NCBI RefSeq assembly: GCF_003324675.1
Contig: NZ_CP030918.1
Location: 480,001-512,000, forward strand
Length of the DNA: 32,000 bases
Source of the DNA: Paracoccus suum
GTDB taxonomy: Bacteria; Pseudomonadota; Alphaproteobacteria; Rhodobacterales; Rhodobacteraceae
Direction: 5' to 3'
Below, piece by piece: positions 16,201 to 24,490 of this stretch. The notes beneath the pieces are model-generated. The model was not told the origin of the DNA and ran no database searches. It was given only the letters and a program-made list of their open reading frames with translations. The position numbers and the translations under genes were made by a program. Every line of letters starts with the position of its first letter. Position 1 is the stretch's first letter.

Positions 16201-18998
16201 CGGTGGCCAATCTTGCGGTCCCAGCTGTCGTTCTTGCCGCGCCAAGCAGATTCAACGAACAGAAGGTCCGGCTTGAAGCCCTCGATCTCGGACTGCCAGT
16301 TGCCGGCGGTCAGGCCGAGCAGATCGGCCTCGGGCGCAAAGCAGGTGTAGGTGAAATCGTCCATGATTGCGGCGACACGCAGGTCCTTGCGCGGAGCAAG
16401 CAGAATGTCGGCAACTCTCGCCGCGCCCTCGCGCGCGGCGAGGGGCTCCGGCGGGGCGTAACCATCACGAAAGATCGGCGCCGTGATGGCGGGTGCGGCG
16501 GCGGCCTTGGCCTGCACCTCGGTCGAGGATGCGGCCTGCGGCGCCTCCCCGGGTGGGGGCCCCGACGTGGGCGCGGCGACCGGCCCGGGCCTCGCCGGAG
16601 GTGCCGCTTCGACGGGCGGGGGCAAAAGACCCGGCGGCGGCGAGTCGAGATGGGTGCGGAACACCCGCGCCATCCGCACCGGAATGGCGGCAAAGCCGCG
16701 CACCGAGGCGGCGCCATCGCGCAGCACCTCGCCGGCGCGATAGGTGCGGCTGTTGGCCATGCTGACCAGTCGACCGCGCAGCAGCGAGTTCTGCCCCTGA
16801 GCTTCACGCAGCCGCCGCTCGGTCATGGTCAGCGCCGCCCGCAGTTGCGGGACGGTCTGGTCGTAACGACCTGTCAGTTCGCGGTACTTGGTATTTGCGG
16901 CGTCAAGTTTCTGGCGCGCGGTCTCGGCCTCAATCTGCCGTTTTTGGCTCTCGCTGCGGACACCAACCAGCTGGCTCTGGAGTTCGGCGATCTCCCGCTG
17001 ATCAGCCTCGCGCCGGGTTTTGGCGGCAGCCATATCCATCGCATGGATCTGGGCTTTGGCCTTGGCGTCACGCAAGTCGGCCTGGATGCGGTCGTAGTCC
17101 GCAGTCAGCGATTTGATATCGGCGAGTGCGCCTGACAGCGCGGCCGTCTTGCTCTCGACCGCGCTGCGAATCGCCGCCGTGTCCTTGCGCGCGGCCTGCA
17201 ACTGTTCACTCACGTTGCGGTATTTGGTGTTCGCTTCGCTCAGGGCCTTTTTGAGGCGCGCAAGTTCCAATCCGCTGCGATACGATTCAACCGCGAGGCG
17301 CAAGCCCGCTTGTTCCAACCGGTCTTTCTGGTCTGCCAACGCCGACGGGAGGAAAAGATGGGTCGGCGTCGCGTTGAACGTATCCCAGTACTTATAGCCC
17401 AAAGGGTGCAGCAGACGCAGGACGGCACGAAAGCTGGCCTCGTTTTCACACTCGACATACAGTATCGGCTGGTCGCGCTTGATTAGATCCTCGGCTCCGG
17501 CGAGAACCGCGCTTTCCATTCCCTCCACGTCGATCTTGATGGCGCGGACTGGTCCCGGAAACGACTGCGAGTCAAGCGTCACAACGTCAATTTCACCCGC
17601 GCCCAACTCGAGGTGTTGGCCACCCAGATTTTCTGGACGCTCGACGCCGAACTTTGCCCGACCAGCGCTGGCGCCGACCCCGAATTTGCGGATCGACAGC
17701 CGCTCGCCGAGATCATTTTCGGCGATGGACTGTTCGATCGCCTCAACAAGGTGGGGGTTGGGCTCGAAGGCAATGACGCGGCAATCTGCGACGACGGCCA
17801 GATACATCGCGTGATTACCGATATTCGCGCCGATATCGAGGACCAGATCGCCTGGCGATAGGCGCGACGCCATGTCGCGCAGCATTTCGCGCTCGTAAGG
17901 TTCGCGCGTCTGGGCAATGCCCTTCTGGATGTAGTCCGTGGCAGAATCCGGCAGGACCATCCGATAACTGCGGTCCCCTTCGATGACCTCGAACGGACCG
18001 TCGGGGGCGGCAGGCGTGGCCTCGTCAGAGGTGACGACCGGCTCGGCGCGCGTTGGCTGATGCGCCTTTACTTCGTCAACAGGGCTGCGCGATTCGGCCA
18101 TCAAATCTTCCGTATGGGTCTGTTTCAAGCCTTGCGACTTGAGGGCGATGGGTTGAGCCCCCGGCTGAATGGTATCTCCCGGCGCAGCTGGCATGTGAAG
18201 GGCGGCCGAAGGGCGGTGCCGGGAGGAAGGATCATTCTGACCAGCGATCTCGCCCGCCTGAATGATCTCTCGTAGCTGGGAAATCGCGGTATCGTAAATG
18301 CTTTGCTGATAGTGAAACGGTTCGAGGCCCCATTTGTGCCCATGATCGGCCAACAGAGAGTCTGTTTGATATGTCAACCATCGTGTTTGCGGCAGCGCCT
18401 CAGCCAGGGCGTCATACATTTTTGCAAGTAAAAGATTCTGACGTTTCGCCACGGCCGCGGGATATTCGTCGATTGGAGCGCCCGATTGATCTGTCAGCGC
18501 CCAGAATACGCGATTCACCACCAGCCGTTCCTGCCAGCCTCGCGCCTTGATCAGGGTAGCAAAGTGGATCAGGCCTTCTCGCCACCGATCGTAACGCTCT
18601 GGATCGCTATTCACCAAGCGACGACCCGCCATAGAACCAGCAGCGGAATCAGCCCCAGATAAGAATTCGGGGGAAACTGTGACCGCGTCACCGCTCGCCC
18701 GTAACAAGATATCAAATCGCTCGTCGATGAAATCCAGTAAGATCAGATCGAAATCGTCATCCCGCAAGGCGGCGAGCAGGCTCTTGTCCATGTCCCGCAA
18801 TACCATGCGGCGCTGAAACGGGCTGTCGATGCGGGCCAGGAGCGCATGGTCCACTAGCGGATGCGCGTTAAGCACCGCAAAACTGCTGCGGGCATAATAG
18901 TCGCTAATCACGAAATCCGGACTCGGGCTGAGCGCAAAGATGTCGCGGCTGGCGCAACTTCCGATGATCAGCACTCGGGTCTGGCGGCCTTCGTTCAT
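13227..18998 (-). CDS. Giant multidomain glycan-assembly protein: unknown N-domain + FkbM-family methyltransferase + long coiled coil + Pro/Ala linker + CgeB-like glycosyltransferase + GT-A-like module + beta-rich module + GT4 glycosyltransferase
   Basis: A single uninterrupted frame. The Met at 18998 forms an ATGA overlap with the wecC stop; the longest ORF starts at 19013. Motifs: LDIGANIGNH / AFEPNP / IKIDVEGME (FkbM); INLNSVKQSQSMFARRVYELLASG (CgeB-like GT-B); GVSRDEAMASGLVPV (GT4). Confidence 0.9.
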   Translation of the reverse strand: MNEGRQTRVLIIGSCASRDIFALSPSPDFVISDYYARSSFAVLNAHPLVDHALLARIDSPFQRRMVLRDMDKSLLAALRDDDFDLILLDFIDERFDILLRASGDAVTVSPEFLSGADSAAGSMAGRRLVNSDPERYDRWREGLIHFATLIKARGWQERLVVNRVFWALTDQSGAPIDEYPAAVAKRQNLLLAKMYDALAEALPQTRWLTYQTDSLLADHGHKWGLEPFHYQQSIYDTAISQLREIIQAGEIAGQNDPSSRHRPSAALHMPAAPGDTIQPGAQPIALKSQGLKQTHTEDLMAESRSPVDEVKAHQPTRAEPVVTSDEATPAAPDGPFEVIEGDRSYRMVLPDSATDYIQKGIAQTREPYEREMLRDMASRLSPGDLVLDIGANIGNHAMYLAVVADCRVIAFEPNPHLVEAIEQSIAENDLGERLSIRKFGVGASAGRAKFGVERPENLGGQHLELGAGEIDVVTLDSQSFPGPVRAIKIDVEGMESAVLAGAEDLIKRDQPILYVECENEASFRAVLRLLHPLGYKYWDTFNATPTHLFLPSALADQKDRLEQAGLRLAVESYRSGLELARLKKALSEANTKYRNVSEQLQAARKDTAAIRSAVESKTAALSGALADIKSLTADYDRIQADLRDAKAKAQIHAMDMAAAKTRREADQREIAELQSQLVGVRSESQKRQIEAETARQKLDAANTKYRELTGRYDQTVPQLRAALTMTERRLREAQGQNSLLRGRLVSMANSRTYRAGEVLRDGAASVRGFAAIPVRMARVFRTHLDSPPPGLLPPPVEAAPPARPGPVAAPTSGPPPGEAPQAASSTEVQAKAAAAPAITAPIFRDGYAPPEPLAAREGAARVADILLAPRKDLRVAAIMDDFTYTCFAPEADLLGLTAGNWQSEIEGFKPDLLFVESAWRGKNDSWDRKIGHRSQELHDLVGWCRKNGVPTVFWNKEDPVHYTSFLSTAKLFDHVFTTDIDCIHLYRQALRHDRVWLLPFACQPRVHNPIELFARRDAINFAGAYYTRYPERTRDLENFTAGLPLLRPLDIFDRNWGRDDPNYAFPESFRTFIVGTLPASRIDVAYKGYRYAINLNSVKQSQSMFARRVYELLASGTVTISNFSRGLRMMFGDLVISSDDHGEVTRRFEKVADQPGHADRLRLAGLRKIMSQHTSADRLAYVVSKALPDRAPQADLPAVTVIAHAPDEESARHLLAAFTAQTHRDARLLLIAPEGFRAADHDPRVRLLSEGEAPPDLTEELAAGWLACFSAKDYYGPNYLRDLVLATRYSGADVIGKAAYPTGDGTLMDPAAAYIPVAGISRRRGIIRGALLNEQDRAGLLDGIDTGDWRADRVLSVDPFNYCHEVADRTTIASVVDDLRGIDPGLPLPEILSRAESIKPADMPATARRLDNRDLARLFRGQSAPGVQIVVSPISFEVASELADGKHAYIYSTTSLRPSEVLENGVLRCHVDVSPGLSISFVMIWLDAKGSRLGHAMIHPLRNETAEPPAGTASVRLGLRVLGSGMCEIKSLDLTHRQLTPSTLLDRGRVLIVTNQYPAYSDLYRNAFLHSRVRRYAALGLRPSVLRFRESVAPTFTEFENTDVMTADRVTLDKMLAEGGYDTVAVHFLTPEVWDILRPHLDRVRVVVWCHGVDIQPWTRRAFLYTTPAEREAAQRASDARMAFWHGVLRPQHPNLKLVFVSQQLADTAAEDLGISFVPGQIEVIHNPIDTGIFAYQPKKTEDRLKVLLLRPFASSVYANDLAVAAIRILSAKPWFDQMHFRIAGDGPLLEETVAPLRGMDNVEIQKGFLSHTEIAGLHREAGIFLVPTRTDTHGVSRDEAMASGLVPVTTAVAAVPEFVDETCGILVPPDDAQALADAIERLYHEPDLFLRLSEAAARRVRAQSDADLMIEREISVLTSVGT

Positions 18999-20275
18999 GC
19001 GGCTTTGGTCCATGCACCGCGGGTGTCGATGACACGGGTTCCCGGACGCAGCTTTGGCGCCGCGGACTTGAACTGGCTGTGATCGACCAGCAGGACGGCG
19101 ATGTCAGCCTTGGCCAAGGCGCTTTCCGTGTCAGCCAGGCGTGCGGCTTGCAGGCCCTCGGGCAGCGCGTCCGTGTGGGGTTCAACCACCATCAGGCCGG
19201 GGAGCTGGGCCGACAGCGTGCGGGCGATGGCGAGGGCGGGGCTTTCGCGCAGATCGTCGATATCGGCCTTGAAAGCCAGGCCGAAGCAGGCGACCTGCGG
19301 CTGGCGGCCGGGGTTGGCGTCGGTCCAGTCGGCGATCGCGGCGTGGACGCGCGCGATGACCCAGCCGGGCTTGCTGTCATTGACCTCGCGCGCGGTGCGG
19401 ATCAGGCGTGCCTCGGCAGGGACCTGGCTTACGATGAACCACGGGTCGACCGCGATGCAATGTCCCCCGACACCCGGGCCGGGTTGGAGGATGTTGACGC
19501 GTGGATGACGGTTCGCGAGGCGGATAAGTTCCCAGACGTCGATGCCGAGGCGGTCGCAGATCAGCGACAATTCGTTGGCAAAGGCAATGTTGACATCGCG
19601 AAAGCTGTTCTCGGTCAGCTTGGCGAGTTCTGCCGTGCGGCAGTCGGTCTCGATGCACTCACCCTCGACGGCCAGCTCGTAGAGCGCGCGCGCCCGGGTA
19701 GCGCAAGCCGCGGTCATGCCGCCGATGATCCGGTCGTTGCTGACCAACTCCTCCAGCGCGCGGCCGGGCAGGATGCGTTCCGGGCAATGGGCGATGCGGA
19801 TGTCCGACTGCTCGCCATGGGTGGCGGGAAAGGTCAGGTCGGGCCGCTCGGCCGCCAGCCAGTCCGCCATCTGCTCGGTCGCGCCGACTGGGCTGGTCGA
19901 TTCGAGGATCACCAGATCCCCCGCTTTCAGGACCGGCGCAATGGCCCGCGCGGCGCTTTCGATATAGCGCAGATCGGGGTCATGTGCGCTCTCACCCTCG
20001 CGGAACGGGGTTGGCACGGCGATGAGGAATGCGTCGGCCGCCTCAGGGGTGGTCGTCGCGCGCAAATGACCCGAAGCGACGACCTCCTGCAGCGCCTCCT
20101 CCAGTCCCGGCTCGACGATATGGGTCTGCCCGGCATTGATCTTGTCGACCGCCGCGGCATTGACGTCAAAGCCGATCATGCGCACCCCGCGCCGGGCAAA
20201 GACGACCGCCGTCGGCAACCCGATATAGCCCAGCCCGACCATGCAGACGGTGCCGAAAGAGGTGCTGTCGCTCAT
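18995..20275 (-). CDS. wecC: UDP-N-acetyl-D-mannosamine dehydrogenase
   Basis: 426 aa and near-colinear with E. coli WecC as I remember it ([11 protein letters not shown]..., [56 protein letters not shown]). The ATG overlaps the wecB stop (ATGA). Confidence 0.93.
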   Translation of the reverse strand: MSDSTSFGTVCMVGLGYIGLPTAVVFARRGVRMIGFDVNAAAVDKINAGQTHIVEPGLEEALQEVVASGHLRATTTPEAADAFLIAVPTPFREGESAHDPDLRYIESAARAIAPVLKAGDLVILESTSPVGATEQMADWLAAERPDLTFPATHGEQSDIRIAHCPERILPGRALEELVSNDRIIGGMTAACATRARALYELAVEGECIETDCRTAELAKLTENSFRDVNIAFANELSLICDRLGIDVWELIRLANRHPRVNILQPGPGVGGHCIAVDPWFIVSQVPAEARLIRTAREVNDSKPGWVIARVHAAIADWTDANPGRQPQVACFGLAFKADIDDLRESPALAIARTLSAQLPGLMVVEPHTDALPEGLQAARLADTESALAKADIAVLLVDHSQFKSAAPKLRPGTRVIDTRGAWTKAA

Positions 20276-21405
20276 GCTAAGAGGCCTTTGAAATCGAGGA
20301 GGGCGGTCAGGATGCGGTCGACGGCCTTGCCGTCGCCGTAGGGGTTATGGGCGAAGCTCATGGCATCGTAAGCGGCCTGATCGGTCATCAACCGCGAGAC
20401 TGCGCCCACGATCGCACCGCGATCCGTGCCGACGAGCTCGACCGTGCCGGCATCGATTGCCTCGGGGCGTTCGGTCCTGTCGCGCATCACCAGCACGGGC
20501 TTGCCCAGAGAGGGGGCCTCTTCCTGGATGCCGCCAGAGTCGGTCAGAATGATATGCGCCCGGCGCATCAGCCAGACGAAGGGCAGATAATCCAGCGGCT
20601 CGATCAGGTGGACATTGCCCAGCCCACTGAGGATGCGCTGCACGGGCTCGCGCACATTCGGGTTAAGATGCATCGGATAGACGATTTGCAGCGTGGGAAA
20701 GCGCGCTGCGAGGTCGGCCAGCGCCTGGCAGATCGATTCAAAACCGCCACCAAAGCTTTCCCGGCGGTGGCCGGTCACCAGCAGCACCGGGCTGCCCTGG
20801 GGCAGAAAGTCGAACTGCGCCGCCAGTTCGGCCGTGAGGGTCGGGTCGGCATCAATGCGCGCCACGACCTCCAGCAACGCATCGATCACGGTGTTGCCGG
20901 TGACAGTGATGCGGTCCGCGGCCACTCCCTCGGCCAGCAGGCAGTCGCGCGACTTGGCCGAAGGGGCGAAGTGCAGCGTTCCCATAGCGCCGACGATCTT
21001 GCGATTACCCTCCTCGGGCCAAGGTGAATAGATATTTCCGGTCCGCAGGCCGGCCTCGACATGACCCACCGGGACGCGCCCGTAATAGGCGGCGAGGGTG
21101 CTTGCGAGGGTGGTCGCCGTGTCGCCATGAACCAGAACGATGTCTGGCGCCTCGGCCTCGATCACCGGCTTGAGGCCCATCAGGATGGCGGCGGTCACGC
21201 CGTTCAGGTCCTGCCCGCTACGCATGACGTTCAGATCGTGATCGGGGACGATCCCGAAAAGGGCGGTCACCTGATCGAGCATCTCGCGGTGCTGGGCAGT
21301 GACACAGACGCGGCTCTCAAAGCGCGGATCGCGGGCCAAGCCCAGGACCAGCGGCGCCATCTTGATCGCCTCTGGCCGGGTTCCGAAGACGGAAAGGACT
21401 TTCAT
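20272..21405 (-). CDS. wecB: UDP-N-acetylglucosamine 2-epimerase (non-hydrolysing)
   Basis: I chose the start at Met 21405 ([19 protein letters not shown]). [34 protein letters not shown] and [21 protein letters not shown] match WecB. Confidence 0.93.
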   Translation of the reverse strand: MKVLSVFGTRPEAIKMAPLVLGLARDPRFESRVCVTAQHREMLDQVTALFGIVPDHDLNVMRSGQDLNGVTAAILMGLKPVIEAEAPDIVLVHGDTATTLASTLAAYYGRVPVGHVEAGLRTGNIYSPWPEEGNRKIVGAMGTLHFAPSAKSRDCLLAEGVAADRITVTGNTVIDALLEVVARIDADPTLTAELAAQFDFLPQGSPVLLVTGHRRESFGGGFESICQALADLAARFPTLQIVYPMHLNPNVREPVQRILSGLGNVHLIEPLDYLPFVWLMRRAHIILTDSGGIQEEAPSLGKPVLVMRDRTERPEAIDAGTVELVGTDRGAIVGAVSRLMTDQAAYDAMSFAHNPYGDGKAVDRILTALLDFKGLLA

Positions 21406-21504
21406 CGTAATATCCCGGTTCAATCTCGCCGGGTCTATATATGGTGACAGAAGGCATGGCCAGCCGGGCAAATCACGGCCTGCGCCTCTCCGCCGCCGGC
21501 CGCC

Positions 21505-22413
21505 TTACCCCGCCCCGTCGCCCAGAACGAACACCCGCTCCGGCTGGACTTCGCCGCCCTGATATCGGCCGATGCAGAGCGGCCGGCCGCCCCGTGCCAC
21601 GAGCACCAGATCGCCCCAGGCGGCAGTTCCCAGGACCTGGCCGGGGTTGCCATTTGCGATCCTCAGAGCGCCGGTTTCGGTCGCCTGAAGAAGGGGCAGA
21701 TCGCCCAGCGCGGCTTGCAGGGGCAGGATGCGGGCGGCGAGGATGGTGGGGTCGCCGCCGTCGAGTTCGGCTGGGGTCACGGCTTGGTCCAAGGTGAACG
21801 GTCCGGACCAGACGCGGCGCAGCCAGGCGGTATGGCCAAGGCAGCCCAGCGCGCGGCCCAGATCGCGGGCGATGGCGCGGACATAGCCGCCCTTGCCGCA
21901 GACCATGTGTAGCAACGCGCCGTCGGTATCCGTGTCCGCCAAGTCGAGTTGCGCTACGTGCAGCGGCCGCGCGCCGAGGTCGGGCCGCAACCCCTCGCGC
22001 GCGAGATCATAGGCCCGTTCGCCCGCGACCTTGACTGCGGAAAAAGCCGGCGGCACTTGCATGATGTCGCCGCGAAATGCCGGCAGGGCGGCCTCGATCT
22101 CGGACGCCGTCGGTCGCAAATCGCTGGTCTGCAGCACCGTGCCCGAGGCATCGTCGGTATCCGTCTCCGCCCCCCAGGCGACGCGGAAATCATAGGCCTT
22201 CAGCGCCGCCTCGACAAACGGGACGGTCTTGGTCGCCTCGCCCAGGGCGACCGCGAGGATGCCGGTCGCATCCGGGTCCAGCGTGCCGGCATGGCCGGCC
22301 TTTTTCGCGTCCAGCAACCAGCGCACGCGGCCGACCACGGAGGTCGAGGTCATGCCGGCGGGTTTGTCGACCACCAGCCAGCCATGAATGTCGCGGCCCT
22401 TCTTGCGTGCCAT
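21505..22413 (-). CDS. truB: tRNA pseudouridine(55) synthase
   Basis: Start at Met 22413 ([23 protein letters not shown]). The catalytic-Asp motif is [12 protein letters not shown]. Confidence 0.93.
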   Translation of the reverse strand: MARKKGRDIHGWLVVDKPAGMTSTSVVGRVRWLLDAKKAGHAGTLDPDATGILAVALGEATKTVPFVEAALKAYDFRVAWGAETDTDDASGTVLQTSDLRPTASEIEAALPAFRGDIMQVPPAFSAVKVAGERAYDLAREGLRPDLGARPLHVAQLDLADTDTDGALLHMVCGKGGYVRAIARDLGRALGCLGHTAWLRRVWSGPFTLDQAVTPAELDGGDPTILAARILPLQAALGDLPLLQATETGALRIANGNPGQVLGTAAWGDLVLVARGGRPLCIGRYQGGEVQPERVFVLGDGAG

Positions 22414-22467
22414 GATTGTCCCTTGTTGCAGGGCGGGGCAGCTAGCCCGCCCCGCACCCGGCGTCAA

Positions 22468-23256
22468 TCACAGCCCGCCGACCAGCGCCTCGGTCATCTG
22501 GCTGGTTGGGTCGGTCAGGCCTTCGACGATGTCGAAGTGATGGCGGCCGCGCTCCTCGACCAGACGCGTCGGCGCGCCCAGCAGCGCCCAGGTGGCGGCC
22601 ATGGCGCGCGACTGCCACAGAAAGGGGGTGCGCTCGGCCGCGCCCACCCAGACGATCATCGGCGCGAGGCTGGCGGGGCCGAGCAGCGGTGGGCTCTCAG
22701 CCATCGCTTCGGCCGGATCGATCTGCAACTGCGCGTTCACGGCCAGCCGCATCAGCGGTCGCAAGTCGAACAGGCCCGACACCGGCACGGTGCGGGCAAC
22801 GCGGGTCAGCACCTCGGGCGGCAGGGGTGTCTGGGCGGACACCATCCGCGCTGTCAGGTGGCCGCCAGCCGAGTGACCGGTCAGGACGACCGGTCCCGCG
22901 ATCTGGGCCGCGGCGGCGGCAATTGCCCCCGCCACTTGTTGGCCGATCTGGGCAATGCGCGCGCCCGGGGCGAGGGTATAGCGCGGGATCAGGACCGCCC
23001 AGCCGCGGGCGAGCGCGCCGGCCGCCAGATGCGACCAGTCGTCGGGCGAGAACCGGACCCACCAACCGCCATGGATCACGACCGCCAGACCCTTTGGCGT
23101 GCCCTCCGGCCAGAAGATGCCGTCGCGCATGATCGCGGTACTGCGGAAGTCGGCGGCCGCCTGCGCCCAGCGCGCCGGGTACTCGGCCCCGCCCGGGATG
23201 TGCGGGCCGTTTGCCCAGGCGTCCTCCCAGTCCGTGATCACATCGGCTTCCATCAT
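22468..23256 (-). CDS. alpha/beta-fold hydrolase (arylformamidase/esterase-like)
   Basis: Oxyanion motif HGGWW and nucleophile elbow GHSAGGH. The start at 23256 (MMEADV) is preceded by GGGGGA. It lies 40 bp from, and divergent to, kynU. Confidence 0.8.
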   Translation of the reverse strand: MMEADVITDWEDAWANGPHIPGGAEYPARWAQAAADFRSTAIMRDGIFWPEGTPKGLAVVIHGGWWVRFSPDDWSHLAAGALARGWAVLIPRYTLAPGARIAQIGQQVAGAIAAAAAQIAGPVVLTGHSAGGHLTARMVSAQTPLPPEVLTRVARTVPVSGLFDLRPLMRLAVNAQLQIDPAEAMAESPPLLGPASLAPMIVWVGAAERTPFLWQSRAMAATWALLGAPTRLVEERGRHHFDIVEGLTDPTSQMTEALVGGL

Positions 23257-23296
23257 TCCCCCGGCGCTGCTAGCCCTCGCATCAACGGAGGACATC

Positions 23297-24484
23297 ATGG
23301 CCGACTTTAACCGCACGCGCGCACTGTTCCATATCCCCGAAGGGGTCAGCTACCTGGACGGCAATTCGCTGGGGCCGATGCCGCTGGCGGCGGCGGATCG
23401 CGCGGCAGCGGTGATCCGGGATGAATGGGGCGGCCAGCTGATCGGCGGCTGGAACAGCGCCGGTTGGTATGTCCAGCCGCGCCGGGTGGGCGATCGCATC
23501 GCAAGGCTGATCGGCGCCGGGCCGGGGGAGGTCGTCATGGGCGACACCCTGACCGTCAAGGTGTTCCAGGCGGTCAGCGCGGCGCTGAAGCTGGCTTCTG
23601 CCAGGCGCAATGTGGTGCTGTCTGACAGTGGCAATTTTCCGTCCGACCTTTACGCGGTGCAGGGCCTTTCGGCGATGGGCGCCGAGTTGCGCGTGGTCGC
23701 GCCCGAAGAGGTGGAGGCGGCCATCGACGAGAGCATCGCCGTGTTGATGCTGACCGAGGTGGATTATCGCACGGGCCGGCGCCACGACATGCCGGCGCTG
23801 ACCGCCAAGGCGCATGCCGCAGGGGCGATTGCGGTCTGGGACTTGGCCCACTCGGCCGGCGCGGTCGACGTGGATGTGACCAGCGGCGATGCCGATTTCG
23901 CGGTCGGGTGCAGCTACAAATACCTCAACGGCGGCCCGGGCGCGCCGGCCTTTATCTGGGCCAATCCGCGCATTGCGGCCGAAGCCCAGCCGATCCTGCA
24001 GGGCTGGATGGGCCATGATGCCCCGTTCGATTTTGTTACCGACTACCGGCCCGCCGGCGGGATCGAGCGGATGCGCGTCGGCACGCCCCCGGTGATCGCG
24101 ATGAGCATCCTCGACGCCGCGCTCGACGCCTTTGACGGGATCACGATGGCGGAGATCCGCGCCCGCTCGATCGAGTTGTCGCAGCGCTTCATCGCCGGGG
24201 TGGAGGCTGCCTGCCCCGGGTTGCGCCTGAACTCGCCGCGCGATCCGATGGCGCGCGGCAGCCAGGTCAGCTTTTGCCACGACGAGGCCTATGCGGTGAT
24301 GCAGGCGCTGATCGCGCGCGGTGTGGTGGGCGATTATCGCGCGCCCGACGTTCTGCGCTTTGGCTTCACGCCCCTTTACCTGAACGAGGGCGACGTCGAC
24401 CGCGCGGTCTCCATCATTTCCGAGGTGCTGGACACCGGGGCCTGGGACCGGCCGGAGTTCAAGCAACGTCAGGCGGTGACCTGA
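23297..24484 (+). CDS. kynU: kynureninase
   Basis: ATG 23297 follows GGAGGA. YLDGNSLGP, GGWNSAGW, GCSYKYLNGGPGAPAF and GDYRAPDVLRFGFTPLY resemble Pseudomonas KynU as I remember it. Confidence 0.92.
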   Translation: MADFNRTRALFHIPEGVSYLDGNSLGPMPLAAADRAAAVIRDEWGGQLIGGWNSAGWYVQPRRVGDRIARLIGAGPGEVVMGDTLTVKVFQAVSAALKLASARRNVVLSDSGNFPSDLYAVQGLSAMGAELRVVAPEEVEAAIDESIAVLMLTEVDYRTGRRHDMPALTAKAHAAGAIAVWDLAHSAGAVDVDVTSGDADFAVGCSYKYLNGGPGAPAFIWANPRIAAEAQPILQGWMGHDAPFDFVTDYRPAGGIERMRVGTPPVIAMSILDAALDAFDGITMAEIRARSIELSQRFIAGVEAACPGLRLNSPRDPMARGSQVSFCHDEAYAVMQALIARGVVGDYRAPDVLRFGFTPLYLNEGDVDRAVSIISEVLDTGAWDRPEFKQRQAVT

Positions 24485-24490
24485 GCAGCC

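Noticed and set aside
15480-17135. 551-aa plus-strand ORF
   Set aside because: It is fully antisense to the giant glycan-assembly gene. Its composition is Arg/Gly/Asp/His/Gln-rich with no recognisable domain. This is the typical shadow ORF of a high-G+C coding region.
19079-20341. 420-aa plus-strand ORF
   Set aside because: It is antisense to wecC, whose identity is unambiguous. It is a shadow ORF.
21949-23310. 453-aa plus-strand ORF
   Set aside because: It is antisense to truB and the alpha/beta hydrolase, both of which have clear family motifs. Its composition is Arg/Gly/Pro-rich junk.
23282-24466. 394-aa minus-strand ORF
   Set aside because: It is antisense to kynU, which is near-colinear with known kynureninases. 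It is a shadow ORF.
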